A stretch of DNA of 13,542 bases from a virus: the IMG/VR virus record IMGVR_UViG_3300038465_000133. The stretch is one strand, 5' to 3'. Positions 1 to 5,771 of this stretch are shown one piece after another (the first letter of the stretch is position 1; each line of letters starts with the position of its first letter). Below the pieces are notes generated by a model. The model was not told the origin of the DNA. It saw only the letters and a program-made list of their open reading frames with translations, and did no database searches. A program made the translations under genes and the position numbers.

Positions 1-522
1 ACTCACCAGTTCAGCTATTTCCTTTGTTGCCTGTCGGCGGCAGACCGAGCCAAGTCCTACAAGAGGTTCAGTCGTAAGGTCAACTCCGCGCTTTCGGTAC
101 ATCTCCAAATGCGCATGATAATCAGCAATGTTCCAGCCTTGCAATACCGGAATGAATGGCAGATCAGGAGCCAGAATAGTCAAAGCAATGTAGTTACTGA
201 TCGTGTGCTGCTGATGCTTTTTCACCGTGAGCCCGGTCTGTTTCAAGATCTGAGGCTCACACATCCAATCCTGCGGAGAAGCGAAGTCCAACTGCCCAAG
301 TTCAAACTGGTAACGATAAACGCTGTCAATATACTCAACCTCGCCAGTCTTCCAACCGCCGTACATAGAAAGTTCAGTGAAACCTCCCGAATCGAGAGCC
401 CATGAGCATTTTGCTGGAGTAAATGGCTTCACTTTGGTGCGCAGTGTCCGGTGACTTACGAACAGAGGAAATCTTGCCTGCTGCAGCCATGACCCATGGT
501 GAGCCCCTAGGTAAAACTTCAC
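1..522 (-). CDS. TGT-superfamily (DpdA-like) guanine transglycosylase; partial, C-terminus outside the window
   Basis: A minus-strand frame stays open from the in-frame stop at 532-534 down to position 1. Candidate starts are GTG at 520-522 and ATG at 364-366, the latter preceded by GGAGG. The translation ...KCSWALDSGGFTELSMYGGW...ASPQDWMCEPQIL...LPFIPVLQGWNIADYH...EPLVGLGSVCRRQATKEIAELVS... parallels the TDSGGFQ / FDEC(T)P / (I)QGG / GGLSVGE blocks of tRNA-guanine transglycosylases. Phage and bacterial DNA-acting members of this superfamily are called DpdA. G+C is lower than in the rest of the window. Confidence 0.55.
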   Translation of the reverse strand, partial: MKFYLGAHHGSWLQQARFPLFVSHRTLRTKVKPFTPAKCSWALDSGGFTELSMYGGWKTGEVEYIDSVYRYQFELGQLDFASPQDWMCEPQILKQTGLTVKKHQQHTISNYIALTILAPDLPFIPVLQGWNIADYHAHLEMYRKRGVDLTTEPLVGLGSVCRRQATKEIAELVS

Positions 523-549
523 CCTGGCATCTTAGCGAGGTTTCAACCC

Positions 550-663
550 TTAGGCAGAACGATCCCGCTCATCTAGTTCCATGTTCACTTCGGCGATCTC
601 TGGGGCAGTGTGGTGATAGAGGTCGACAAACTGATCACCACTGAGGTGCTCTTCAGCCGCCAT
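550..663 (-). CDS. hypothetical small acidic protein (37 aa)
   Basis: ATG at 661-663 and TAA at 550-552. It fills the gap between the 675..920 gene and the DpdA-like gene. No clear RBS, and it is very short. Confidence 0.25.
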   Translation of the reverse strand: MAAEEHLSGDQFVDLYHHTAPEIAEVNMELDERDRSA

Positions 664-674
664 TAGATCGCCGA

Positions 675-920
675 TTACCCGTGACGCTCGGTCTTCGAGC
701 GATTGTTCACGACGCTGCGGATCCGCAGGGCCACGTGCGCCATGGCCTGGCGCTGGGTTTGCGGCATCGACCCGCCGTAAGGCACAGCGCCCATGGCGCC
801 GTTGGAGGTCTCCCAGGAGTACTCGCCGCCGTTTTGGCTGGCGGAATGCTTGACCTTGTAATCGTCGGCCAACACCGCTCCGTTCGGATGGAGGGTCCTG
901 AGGTTCTTGGCGATTCCCAT
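675..920 (-). CDS. hypothetical protein (81 aa)
   Basis: ATG at 918-920 sits directly after the TAA of the upstream mini-gene (…AGGAGAGAAGTAAATG). Residue composition is diverse. The overlapping R/P-rich ORFs 550..978 and 707..988 look like off-frame artefacts. Confidence 0.5.
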   Translation of the reverse strand: MGIAKNLRTLHPNGAVLADDYKVKHSASQNGGEYSWETSNGAMGAVPYGGSMPQTQRQAMAHVALRIRSVVNNRSKTERHG

Positions 921-1061
921 TTACTTCTCTCCTCTGCGGTCGCGAAATACTGACGTCGGGCAGTCGGGGTTTGGACACTGGCCCTCATCCCCTACAGTCA
1001 GTTTGGCATTACAAGCCTTACAGTGTCCTGCAGGAGCGAAGTCTCCGTCTTTCCTCGCCAT
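921..1061 (-). CDS. zinc-ribbon mini-protein (46 aa) with C-terminal F-R-D-R-R-G-E-K tail
   Basis: Not in the ORF track because it is under 60 aa. ATG at 1059-1061 overlaps the TAA of the 1061..1300 gene (TAATG), and TAA lies at 921-923. Translation: MARKDGDFAPAGHCKACNAKLTVGDEGQCPNPDCPTSVFRDRRGEK. It has a CxxC…CxxxxC zinc ribbon and is paralogous to the 1592..1774 product. Confidence 0.5.
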   Translation of the reverse strand: MARKDGDFAPAGHCKACNAKLTVGDEGQCPNPDCPTSVFRDRRGEK

Positions 1062-1300
1062 TACTTCTCTCCTTTGGCAGCGCATCCAGGGCAGGATTTG
1101 GCGAACACCTCATTGTGGCCGACGTAATAGCCGTGCTCGCAGAAATAGCGTTGGTGGGCGGCGGGCTGCTTGGCGGCCCACTTGTTGTGGCGGTTTACGA
1201 AGGCGGGTTCAGCGGCGTCGCCCTTAATGTCGTGATAGATGGGATCACTTGGATCTCTGCTGCGCATGTCGGTGCCCTTGAACTGTCGGCTGAACTGCAT
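1061..1300 (-). CDS. hypothetical protein (79 aa) ending in CPGCAAKGEK
   Basis: ATG at 1298-1300 overlaps the TAA of the upstream gene by 1 nt (TAATG). The 3' end, …AAAGGAGAGAAGTAA, is identical to the 3' end of the 921..1061 gene. Confidence 0.5.
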   Translation of the reverse strand: MQFSRQFKGTDMRSRDPSDPIYHDIKGDAAEPAFVNRHNKWAAKQPAAHQRYFCEHGYYVGHNEVFAKSCPGCAAKGEK

Positions 1301-1500
1301 TACTCACCCCGCCGATCATGGAAGATCATCTGCCCGTGTTGATCGTGGGTATGCGTAATCATGGTGGGGTTGTTCTCGTACTCATCGTGCGCCCACTCAT
1401 GGAAGGTGCGCAGGGAGTGGCCCTCGCGCTCGGCGAAGTTGCCCTCGTAGAGGGTGCCGGGCGGGTGCTCCTTCTCTAGGTGCTTGGTAATGGAGCCCAC
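1300..1500 (-). CDS. hypothetical His-rich mini-protein (66 aa) ending in …MIFHDRRGE
   Basis: GTG at 1498-1500 is the first start after an in-frame stop. A weak RBS is present. The C-terminal FHDRRGE motif is shared with three other small genes. Confidence 0.4.
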   Translation of the reverse strand: MGSITKHLEKEHPPGTLYEGNFAEREGHSLRTFHEWAHDEYENNPTMITHTHDQHGQMIFHDRRGE

Positions 1501-1591
1501 GATGGCCGAGGGATTACCCGGCTCTGCGGGTTATAAACGACTGGGTGAACTGCTTGGCGTTCCCCAGGTTCGAGTCGGACATGCCTAGAGG

Positions 1592-1774
1592 CTAGCTGCG
1601 CCGGTCATGAAAGAGAATGTCATAGACATTATGCTCATTCTCAGGGCAAGTGGGATTTGTACACTCCCCGTCCCTGAGAGTTTGCTCACACGCTCCACAC
1701 TTGTTCATTCCAGGATGTTCGCTCAGCGGCTTCATGTAGCCACTACTAGCGTCGTAGTAATGGTCTTTAGCCAT
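1592..1774 (-). CDS. zinc-ribbon mini-protein (60 aa) ending in …LFHDRRS
   Basis: ATG at 1772-1774 is preceded by GAGGAGA at a 7-nt spacing. The track's GTG at 1810 is less likely. The gene overlaps the 3' end of the 1767..2687 gene by 8 nt (ATGGCTAA). Translation: MAKDHYYDASSGYMKPLSEHPGMNKCGACEQTLRDGECTNPTCPENEHNVYDILFHDRRS. It is paralogous to 921..1061. Confidence 0.5.
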   Translation of the reverse strand: MAKDHYYDASSGYMKPLSEHPGMNKCGACEQTLRDGECTNPTCPENEHNVYDILFHDRRS

Positions 1775-2687
1775 TGATAGTCTCCTCGGCGATCTCGCAC
1801 ATTGGTCCACATTGTATGACAGGCTCGGTCTTGAAGTTGCCGCGCTTGGGATCCAGTTCGTCGAGGAAAACTGGACTCTTCACCCGGGATCCCTCAGTGA
1901 TCTCCTCGGAGTTGATGGCATGGCCGATGGTACGCTCAAGCCGGGCCATGCGATCGAACGTCTCGGGGAAATCGACCCGGATCTTGTTCCAGTAGCCCAT
2001 CTTGCCCTTGACGCAGCCGATGCAGTTGTTATGGTCGTAACCGAGGTCATACATGATCGGTAACTTGATCCCGGCCCGATCGATCATGGCAAGACAGTCT
2101 GATTTGGTCAGTCCCATTTCAATGAGGTTCCACCAAAAAACCTCACCCGGATTACGCTCGACAAAGTCGGCGGCTCGCTTCTTCTCCTCGAAGGTGTAAC
2201 CAAAGATCTGACGGTCTGTCGGGCGCATGAACTCATAACGAAGTCGACGCTTTAGCTCTGCCGTACAACGAGCCCCGTCTGGACCGGCCAAGAATCTGGT
2301 CTGCTCAAAGACGTCCCAAGTGTCCTTATAGCGATCGCTCTTCAAAACGGTGACCTCTTGACCGAACCACTCTTCACAGTCATGGAGGAACCGAAAGTTG
2401 TCCTCATGTTCGGACCCAGGGTCGGTGTAAACGATTTCACACGGTCCTTTGGCGATCGCCAACTTTGCCGCAACTGCTGAGGACGCTCCGCACGAGAACC
2501 ACACCACAGTTCTAGGTCTATTAATCTTCCGTCGCGGGGACGGCGATCCGAATCCGATTGCCGCCGGTGCTTCCATCGAGCCCATCCTTCTTTGGGCGGC
2601 CCGCCACTGATCGTTATCAGTGGTGTTCTTTTCGCGAAAAGATCGAAGCACGCTCTTTTTATGGTCGGGAACTTCTTCCTCTGCCAT
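1767..2687 (-). CDS. PAPS-reductase-family PP-loop protein (DndC/CysH-like fold)
   Basis: …RTVVWFSCGASSAVAAKL… is a variant of the SGGKDS PP-loop of the PAPS reductase family. A downstream …ARCTAELKRRL… block resembles the CCxxRK motif, and there is a C-terminal CIGC pair. The start is uncertain: ATG at 2687 (TAATG-coupled to the upstream gene), or ATG at 2576 preceded by GAAGG at a 9-nt spacing. The second option would leave 2577-2686 intergenic. G+C is moderately lower than in the flanking genes. Confidence 0.6.
   Translation of the reverse strand: MAEEEVPDHKKSVLRSFREKNTTDNDQWRAAQRRMGSMEAPAAIGFGSPSPRRKINRPRTVVWFSCGASSAVAAKLAIAKGPCEIVYTDPGSEHEDNFRFLHDCEEWFGQEVTVLKSDRYKDTWDVFEQTRFLAGPDGARCTAELKRRLRYEFMRPTDRQIFGYTFEEKKRAADFVERNPGEVFWWNLIEMGLTKSDCLAMIDRAGIKLPIMYDLGYDHNNCIGCVKGKMGYWNKIRVDFPETFDRMARLERTIGHAINSEEITEGSRVKSPVFLDELDPKRGNFKTEPVIQCGPMCEIAEETING
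2604..2641. promoter_or_regulatory. two adjacent perfect inverted repeats: CCACTGAT-cgtt-ATCAGTGG (2604-2623) and CTTTTCG|CGAAAAG (2628-2641)
   Basis: Read directly from the sequence. On the plus strand the first hairpin is followed by TGTTCTTTTCG, giving an intrinsic-terminator-like shape. The pair lies just upstream of the PAPS-reductase-like PP-loop region, and is intergenic if that gene starts at 2576. Confidence 0.3.
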
Positions 2688-3073
2688 TATCGTCTCTTTC
2701 CACTCGCTTTGCGGGCTAATGATGCAAATGACTTGGCCCGCTGCTGTGATGCTCTGATCTCTGCGCCGGGCCGTGGTGCTCTTGATTGGCGGGGCTGGCG
2801 GGGCATGTCCTTGCGCAGCGGATTATCGAGGTCGCCCCGCTTTGGGCGGTCATCTTGCTTGAGGCCCTCGCGGATCCCTCGCATGTACTCGTTCTTGGCC
2901 GCCTGGCCCTTGAGGCTCTTGAGCTTCTCACGATGCTCGGCGCCCTCACGAGAGCCCTTGTAGTAGGCCTCTTGCTCAGGGGGGAGGCCGAAGTCGTCGG
3001 GCGGCTCTTCAGGGGCCTTGGCCGGGCCGAGGTAGTTGCTAATCGATTCTCTGAAGCTTTGGCCCCTACCCAT
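2687..3073 (-). CDS. hypothetical highly charged, low-complexity protein (128 aa)
   Basis: ATG at 3071-3073 is preceded by GAGGTGAGG at an 8-nt spacing. The track's GTG at 3085 has no spacer. TAA at 2687-2689 overlaps the next ATG. The product is K/R/E/P-rich and looks disordered. The antisense ORF 2786..3115(+) is L/A-rich and is rejected. Confidence 0.45.
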   Translation of the reverse strand: MGRGQSFRESISNYLGPAKAPEEPPDDFGLPPEQEAYYKGSREGAEHREKLKSLKGQAAKNEYMRGIREGLKQDDRPKRGDLDNPLRKDMPRQPRQSRAPRPGAEIRASQQRAKSFASLARKASGKRR

Positions 3074-3314
3074 CAGAATCCTCACCTCTACGGTCGTGAA
3101 ACACGTCGAGCATGAAGGCGGGGTGACGCCCAGTGGAAGGACCTATTGGACCGTCGTGCCAATCAACCGTGGCCTGAAAATGCGGACCCTTGCCCTTATT
3201 CACCTTGCGAACGGTGCCAATAGGTGAACCTTCTTTGGCAGGAAGACCTGAACCAGGGCGGCGGCGAACTTGATCACCAACCTTGACCTTAGGAGTAACC
3301 ACCTTCCTCGCCAT
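3066..3314 (-). CDS. hypothetical basic protein (82 aa) ending in …LDVFHDRRGEDSDG
   Basis: ATG at 3312-3314 and TAG at 3066-3068. Fourth member of the C-terminal FHDRRGE set. The N-terminus MARK… matches that of 921..1061. Confidence 0.5.
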   Translation of the reverse strand: MARKVVTPKVKVGDQVRRRPGSGLPAKEGSPIGTVRKVNKGKGPHFQATVDWHDGPIGPSTGRHPAFMLDVFHDRRGEDSDG

Positions 3315-3336
3315 GTAATCAGTGTACCGTGATTAC

Positions 3337-3642
3337 TCAGCCAAAGCCAAAGTCTTTGGTGCTCCGATTTAGCTTCTCGGCCACGCCTGAAGGCTTCCAG
3401 GTGGCCAGATAGCTCACGGCGGCGGAGAGATAGGTCATCAGGATCTGCAGGGCGATGTGGGCCCAGCCCGAGAGGGAGGGCGGAGATGCGCCCACCTGGC
3501 TGGCCACGACGCCCGAGGCGGTCGTCAGCAAGAGGGAGATCAGGACCTTCCAGGGGGCACTGAGGCGGGCCTTGGTCACCAGCGCCACCAAGAGCGGGAT
3601 CCCGAGCCCGATCAGCATGGTGACGATCGTCGAGGTGGTCAC
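3337..3642 (-). CDS. small membrane protein, 2-3 predicted TM helices (101 aa)
   Basis: GTG at 3640-3642 is preceded by AGGAG at a 6-nt spacing. Hydrophobic stretches: LIGLGIPLLVALV, LISLLLTTASGVVA, ALQILMTYLSAAVSYLA. The overlapping R-rich ORF 3200..3769 is rejected. Confidence 0.55.
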   Translation of the reverse strand: MTTSTIVTMLIGLGIPLLVALVTKARLSAPWKVLISLLLTTASGVVASQVGASPPSLSGWAHIALQILMTYLSAAVSYLATWKPSGVAEKLNRSTKDFGFG

Positions 3643-3650
3643 GATTACTC

Positions 3651-3971
3651 CTATCGCAAAGGTACGGGGCAGCCCTCGGGGTAAGAGTCGGCCACCCCGG
3701 CGCCGAAGTTGCCCTCAGAGACCGGGAAAGCGCCCACGTGGCCCGCCATGACGGCCGGAGCGATGGCATCGGGGCCCGGCACCATGCCCCCGAGGGGCGT
3801 CAGGGTGATGGCGGGGTCGACCTTCTCCATGGACCCGTGACGCCCGGCCACAGACGGCATGAGGTAGGGCTGCAGGGGCACAGCTGGCTCTCCCCGACCG
3901 CTGTGGGCCATGGTCACCGAGATCCCGCAGCGCGGGCCCATGCACTCCCTCGTGATGTTCGGGCCGCCCAT
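3651..3971 (-). CDS. hypothetical protein (106 aa)
   Basis: ATG at 3969-3971 follows a weak GAGG. This is the C-terminal part of the track ORF 3651..4157. The 5' portion of that ORF is R/S/P-rich low complexity and overlaps the better-supported 4003..4269 gene, so the later start is preferred. Confidence 0.35.
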   Translation of the reverse strand: MGGPNITRECMGPRCGISVTMAHSGRGEPAVPLQPYLMPSVAGRHGSMEKVDPAITLTPLGGMVPGPDAIAPAVMAGHVGAFPVSEGNFGAGVADSYPEGCPVPLR

Positions 3972-4002
3972 ATCGGCCTCAGACTCGCCGACGGCGAAGT
4001 TG

Positions 4003-4269
4003 TCAGACACTGGTGCCGTCCAGATAGGTCGGGCCCTTGGGCTGGAAGGCGTACGCTCGATTCCAACAGATCCGGCCGCGGGCCTGGACCGGCTGGGCGT
4101 CGTGCTCATAGGCCGGGTACGAGGCCACGATCTTGTGCTTGGCCCCGAGGGTCTCATTGATCCGGGTGTGGGGCTGTAAGAGGGTGTCGAGGATGTCGCT
4201 CTGGTTCTTGTCGAGCTTGGCGTCCAGCTCGGGCATGTACTTGGTCCCTACGCGCTGAGACTTGCGCAT
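4003..4269 (-). CDS. hypothetical protein (88 aa)
   Basis: ATG at 4267-4269 is preceded by GAGGAGG at a 9-nt spacing and lies 1 nt after the TAG of the upstream gene. Composition is diverse. Confidence 0.5.
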   Translation of the reverse strand: MRKSQRVGTKYMPELDAKLDKNQSDILDTLLQPHTRINETLGAKHKIVASYPAYEHDAQPVQARGRICWNRAYAFQPKGPTYLDGTSV

Positions 4270-4270
4270 C

Positions 4271-4567
4271 CTAAATCGCCTCCTCTTGGCCCATCTCAAA
4301 GGGCCGCAGCTCGCCAGAGAGGTGGACGGTGACCCGCCCGCCCTTGCCACCCGAGACCTCGTAGGAATGGCCGTCGCTCTCTCGGCCGGGCCGGGTGGTG
4401 TTGGGCATGACGGCGGTCACCGTCTGCACCCCGTATCTCCCTGGAGCCTTGACTGTGTCGCCGGGCGCATAGGAGGGCGGCTTCATGGTGTCAGCGTAAA
4501 CATTGCTCGGAGCGCCCATCCGGCGGCGCTGTGCGTGCCCTACTCTGCGTGGGTCGGTCATGGCCAC
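4271..4567 (-). CDS. hypothetical protein (98 aa)
   Basis: GTG at 4567 or ATG at 4561 lies immediately downstream of the SpoVS-like stop at 4574-4576. Translation ends …SYEVSGGKGGRVTVHLSGELRPFEMGQEEAI. Confidence 0.45.
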   Translation of the reverse strand: MAMTDPRRVGHAQRRRMGAPSNVYADTMKPPSYAPGDTVKAPGRYGVQTVTAVMPNTTRPGRESDGHSYEVSGGKGGRVTVHLSGELRPFEMGQEEAI

Positions 4568-4573
4568 AGGGTA

Positions 4574-4891
4574 CTAGCGGCCCCAATCCTTCAGTAGGCA
4601 TCTCAGGACAATGGCCGTGATCTCCTCACCGTTGCCGCCGGTGACGGTCTGGCAGCCCGGGATCAGGTACATATCCTCTCCCTGACCGGCCAAGAGCTGG
4701 CGGGCCCGAACGGTACCTTTGACAGCCTGATTTACCGCTCCGGCACCGATGGCCCGCAGAGTAATGCACTTCTCTTCGGCGATCGATGAGACCAGTAATG
4801 CAGCAATCCCGCCGACATCAGACCCGGGGCGGATCTTAATGGGCTCTAGGGGCTTTCTTGGTTCGTCGGACGGCAGCGGCAGCAGTGTCAC
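4574..4891 (-). CDS. SpoVS-like (stage V sporulation protein S family, Alba-like fold) protein
   Basis: …ITLRAIGAGAVNQAVKGTVRARQLLAGQGEDMYLIPGCQTVTGGNGEEITAIVLRCL… aligns by eye with SpoVS …IQAIGAGALNQAVKAVAIARGFVAPSGVDLICIPAFTDIQIDGEERTAIKLIV…. The start is uncertain. GTG at 4891 gives about 20 extra N-terminal residues and a 56-nt overlap with the upstream gene. No ATG lies near the expected N-terminus. Confidence 0.6.
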   Translation of the reverse strand: MTLLPLPSDEPRKPLEPIKIRPGSDVGGIAALLVSSIAEEKCITLRAIGAGAVNQAVKGTVRARQLLAGQGEDMYLIPGCQTVTGGNGEEITAIVLRCLLKDWGR

Positions 4892-5414
4892 GGGAGTGCA
4901 TCATGGCCGATTTTTCCTCCCGCTCTAAGTCAACCCCTTTCATGGCGTATTTGTACATGCGGGCCCACTGCTCTGGAGTTTGCACAACGATCCACTTGGG
5001 GCCCTTCCTCACACGTGGCCGTTTTACAAAGAGAGCGCCGAACCTCACCCGCTTGTTTTTACGCTGACGCTCGACGTCTTCGATCTTGGCGTTGATGGCA
5101 ACCATTGGATTTGCCCACCAGGCCACTTGAAGTGCAGTCTGGGGAACGCCATCGATATCGCCGACGTCATCTTTACGGCCCGCTCCGAGTGCTCTGCGTA
5201 TATGCGGGAGATCGAGCAGTCGTCGGAGGAGGGCTTGGACCTCTCGCTCACCTTCATCACCTTTATTCTTTTGCGGATTACTCACTGGTGTTCCGTCCAT
5301 AGCCAAGAGCATCCGACAACGGTAAAGACCGCACAGGCAGTGGTTCGCCTCGGCCCAGTCCTTGCTCTTGACGTGGCCATGGATTACCTCTGGCGGCGGT
5401 TGATTGCGACCCAT
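4836..5414 (-). CDS. hypothetical protein (192 aa); weak resemblance to YraN/Hjc-type PD-(D/E)xK nucleases
   Basis: ATG at 5412-5414 follows AAGG at a 6-nt spacing. …GDEGEREVQALLRRL…GAGRKDDVGDIDGV…VAINAK… loosely follows the GxxGE…GEID…EVK pattern. The assignment is tentative. The antisense ORF 4980..5693(+) is rejected. Confidence 0.4.
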   Translation of the reverse strand: MGRNQPPPEVIHGHVKSKDWAEANHCLCGLYRCRMLLAMDGTPVSNPQKNKGDEGEREVQALLRRLLDLPHIRRALGAGRKDDVGDIDGVPQTALQVAWWANPMVAINAKIEDVERQRKNKRVRFGALFVKRPRVRKGPKWIVVQTPEQWARMYKYAMKGVDLEREEKSAMMHSRDTAAAAVRRTKKAPRAH

Positions 5415-5566
5415 GCACGCCTTGCTGCCACTACGACAAAAAGTTCAGTGAGCACGATAAGCCAGATCGGATACCCAAACACCCCGATCAAAATACAGAG
5501 CAAACAGACAACAACCACTTCTGGCAAGAGGCTGTTTTGTGAGTACCACTTTATTGAGTGTCGCAT
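5384..5566 (-). CDS. hypothetical single-pass membrane mini-protein (60 aa)
   Basis: ATG at 5564-5566 and TAA at 5384-5386. Hydrophobic core VVVVCLLCILIGVFGYPIWLIVLTELFVVVAA. Lies in the lower-G+C stretch and has a weak RBS. Confidence 0.3.
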   Translation of the reverse strand: MRHSIKWYSQNSLLPEVVVVCLLCILIGVFGYPIWLIVLTELFVVVAARRAWVAINRRQR

Positions 5567-5576
5567 GATTACTACT

Positions 5577-5771
5577 TTACTCGCTCTGACTCCAGAAACC
5601 GCGGTTATTCCTCGCCTCCTCGGCATACCCCTCGCACTCGTCAATCGCCTGGAGGGCGGCGAACTTGATGAAGTCCTTATGGCTGGTGCGTAGGGCCCGG
5701 CAGACCAGGCGCAAGCGCTCTCGCTCCTCGTCGTCAAATGCGTCACTGAGGTCAAGATCCGCTCTGGCCAT
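5577..5771 (-). CDS. hypothetical acidic protein (64 aa)
   Basis: ATG at 5769-5771 overlaps the HNH gene's 3' end by 20 nt. The track's GTG at 5873 would place 100 nt inside the HNH gene. No clear RBS. Confidence 0.3.
   Translation of the reverse strand: MARADLDLSDAFDDEERERLRLVCRALRTSHKDFIKFAALQAIDECEGYAEEARNNRGFWSQSE

Noticed and set aside
109-405. 98-aa plus-strand ORF
   Set aside because: It is antisense to the well-supported TGT/DpdA-like minus-strand frame (DSGGF, GLGSVCRR motifs) and has no recognisable features.
550-978. 142-aa Arg-rich minus ORF, and similar R/P/S-rich ORFs at 707..988, 3200..3769, 3738..4160, 3457..3684, 9257..9529
   Set aside because: Low-complexity Arg/Pro/Ser-rich translations are typical of the wrong frame in GC-rich DNA. 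Each overlaps a better-supported gene with an RBS and diverse composition.
1500-1592. Possible promoter in the 92-nt gap (minus-strand TATAAC at 1531-1536)
   Set aside because: No acceptable -35 at 16-18 nt spacing, and the last base of the -10 deviates from TANNNT. Too weak to call.
921-3314. The FHDRRGE tails being a dispersed DNA repeat
   Set aside because: The nucleotide sequences differ at nearly every wobble position while the peptide is conserved. Only the RGE/SD portion is plausibly nucleotide-constrained.
4980-5693. 237-aa plus-strand ORF
   Set aside because: It is antisense to three minus-strand genes and has no motifs. Its composition is atypical, and there is no RBS.
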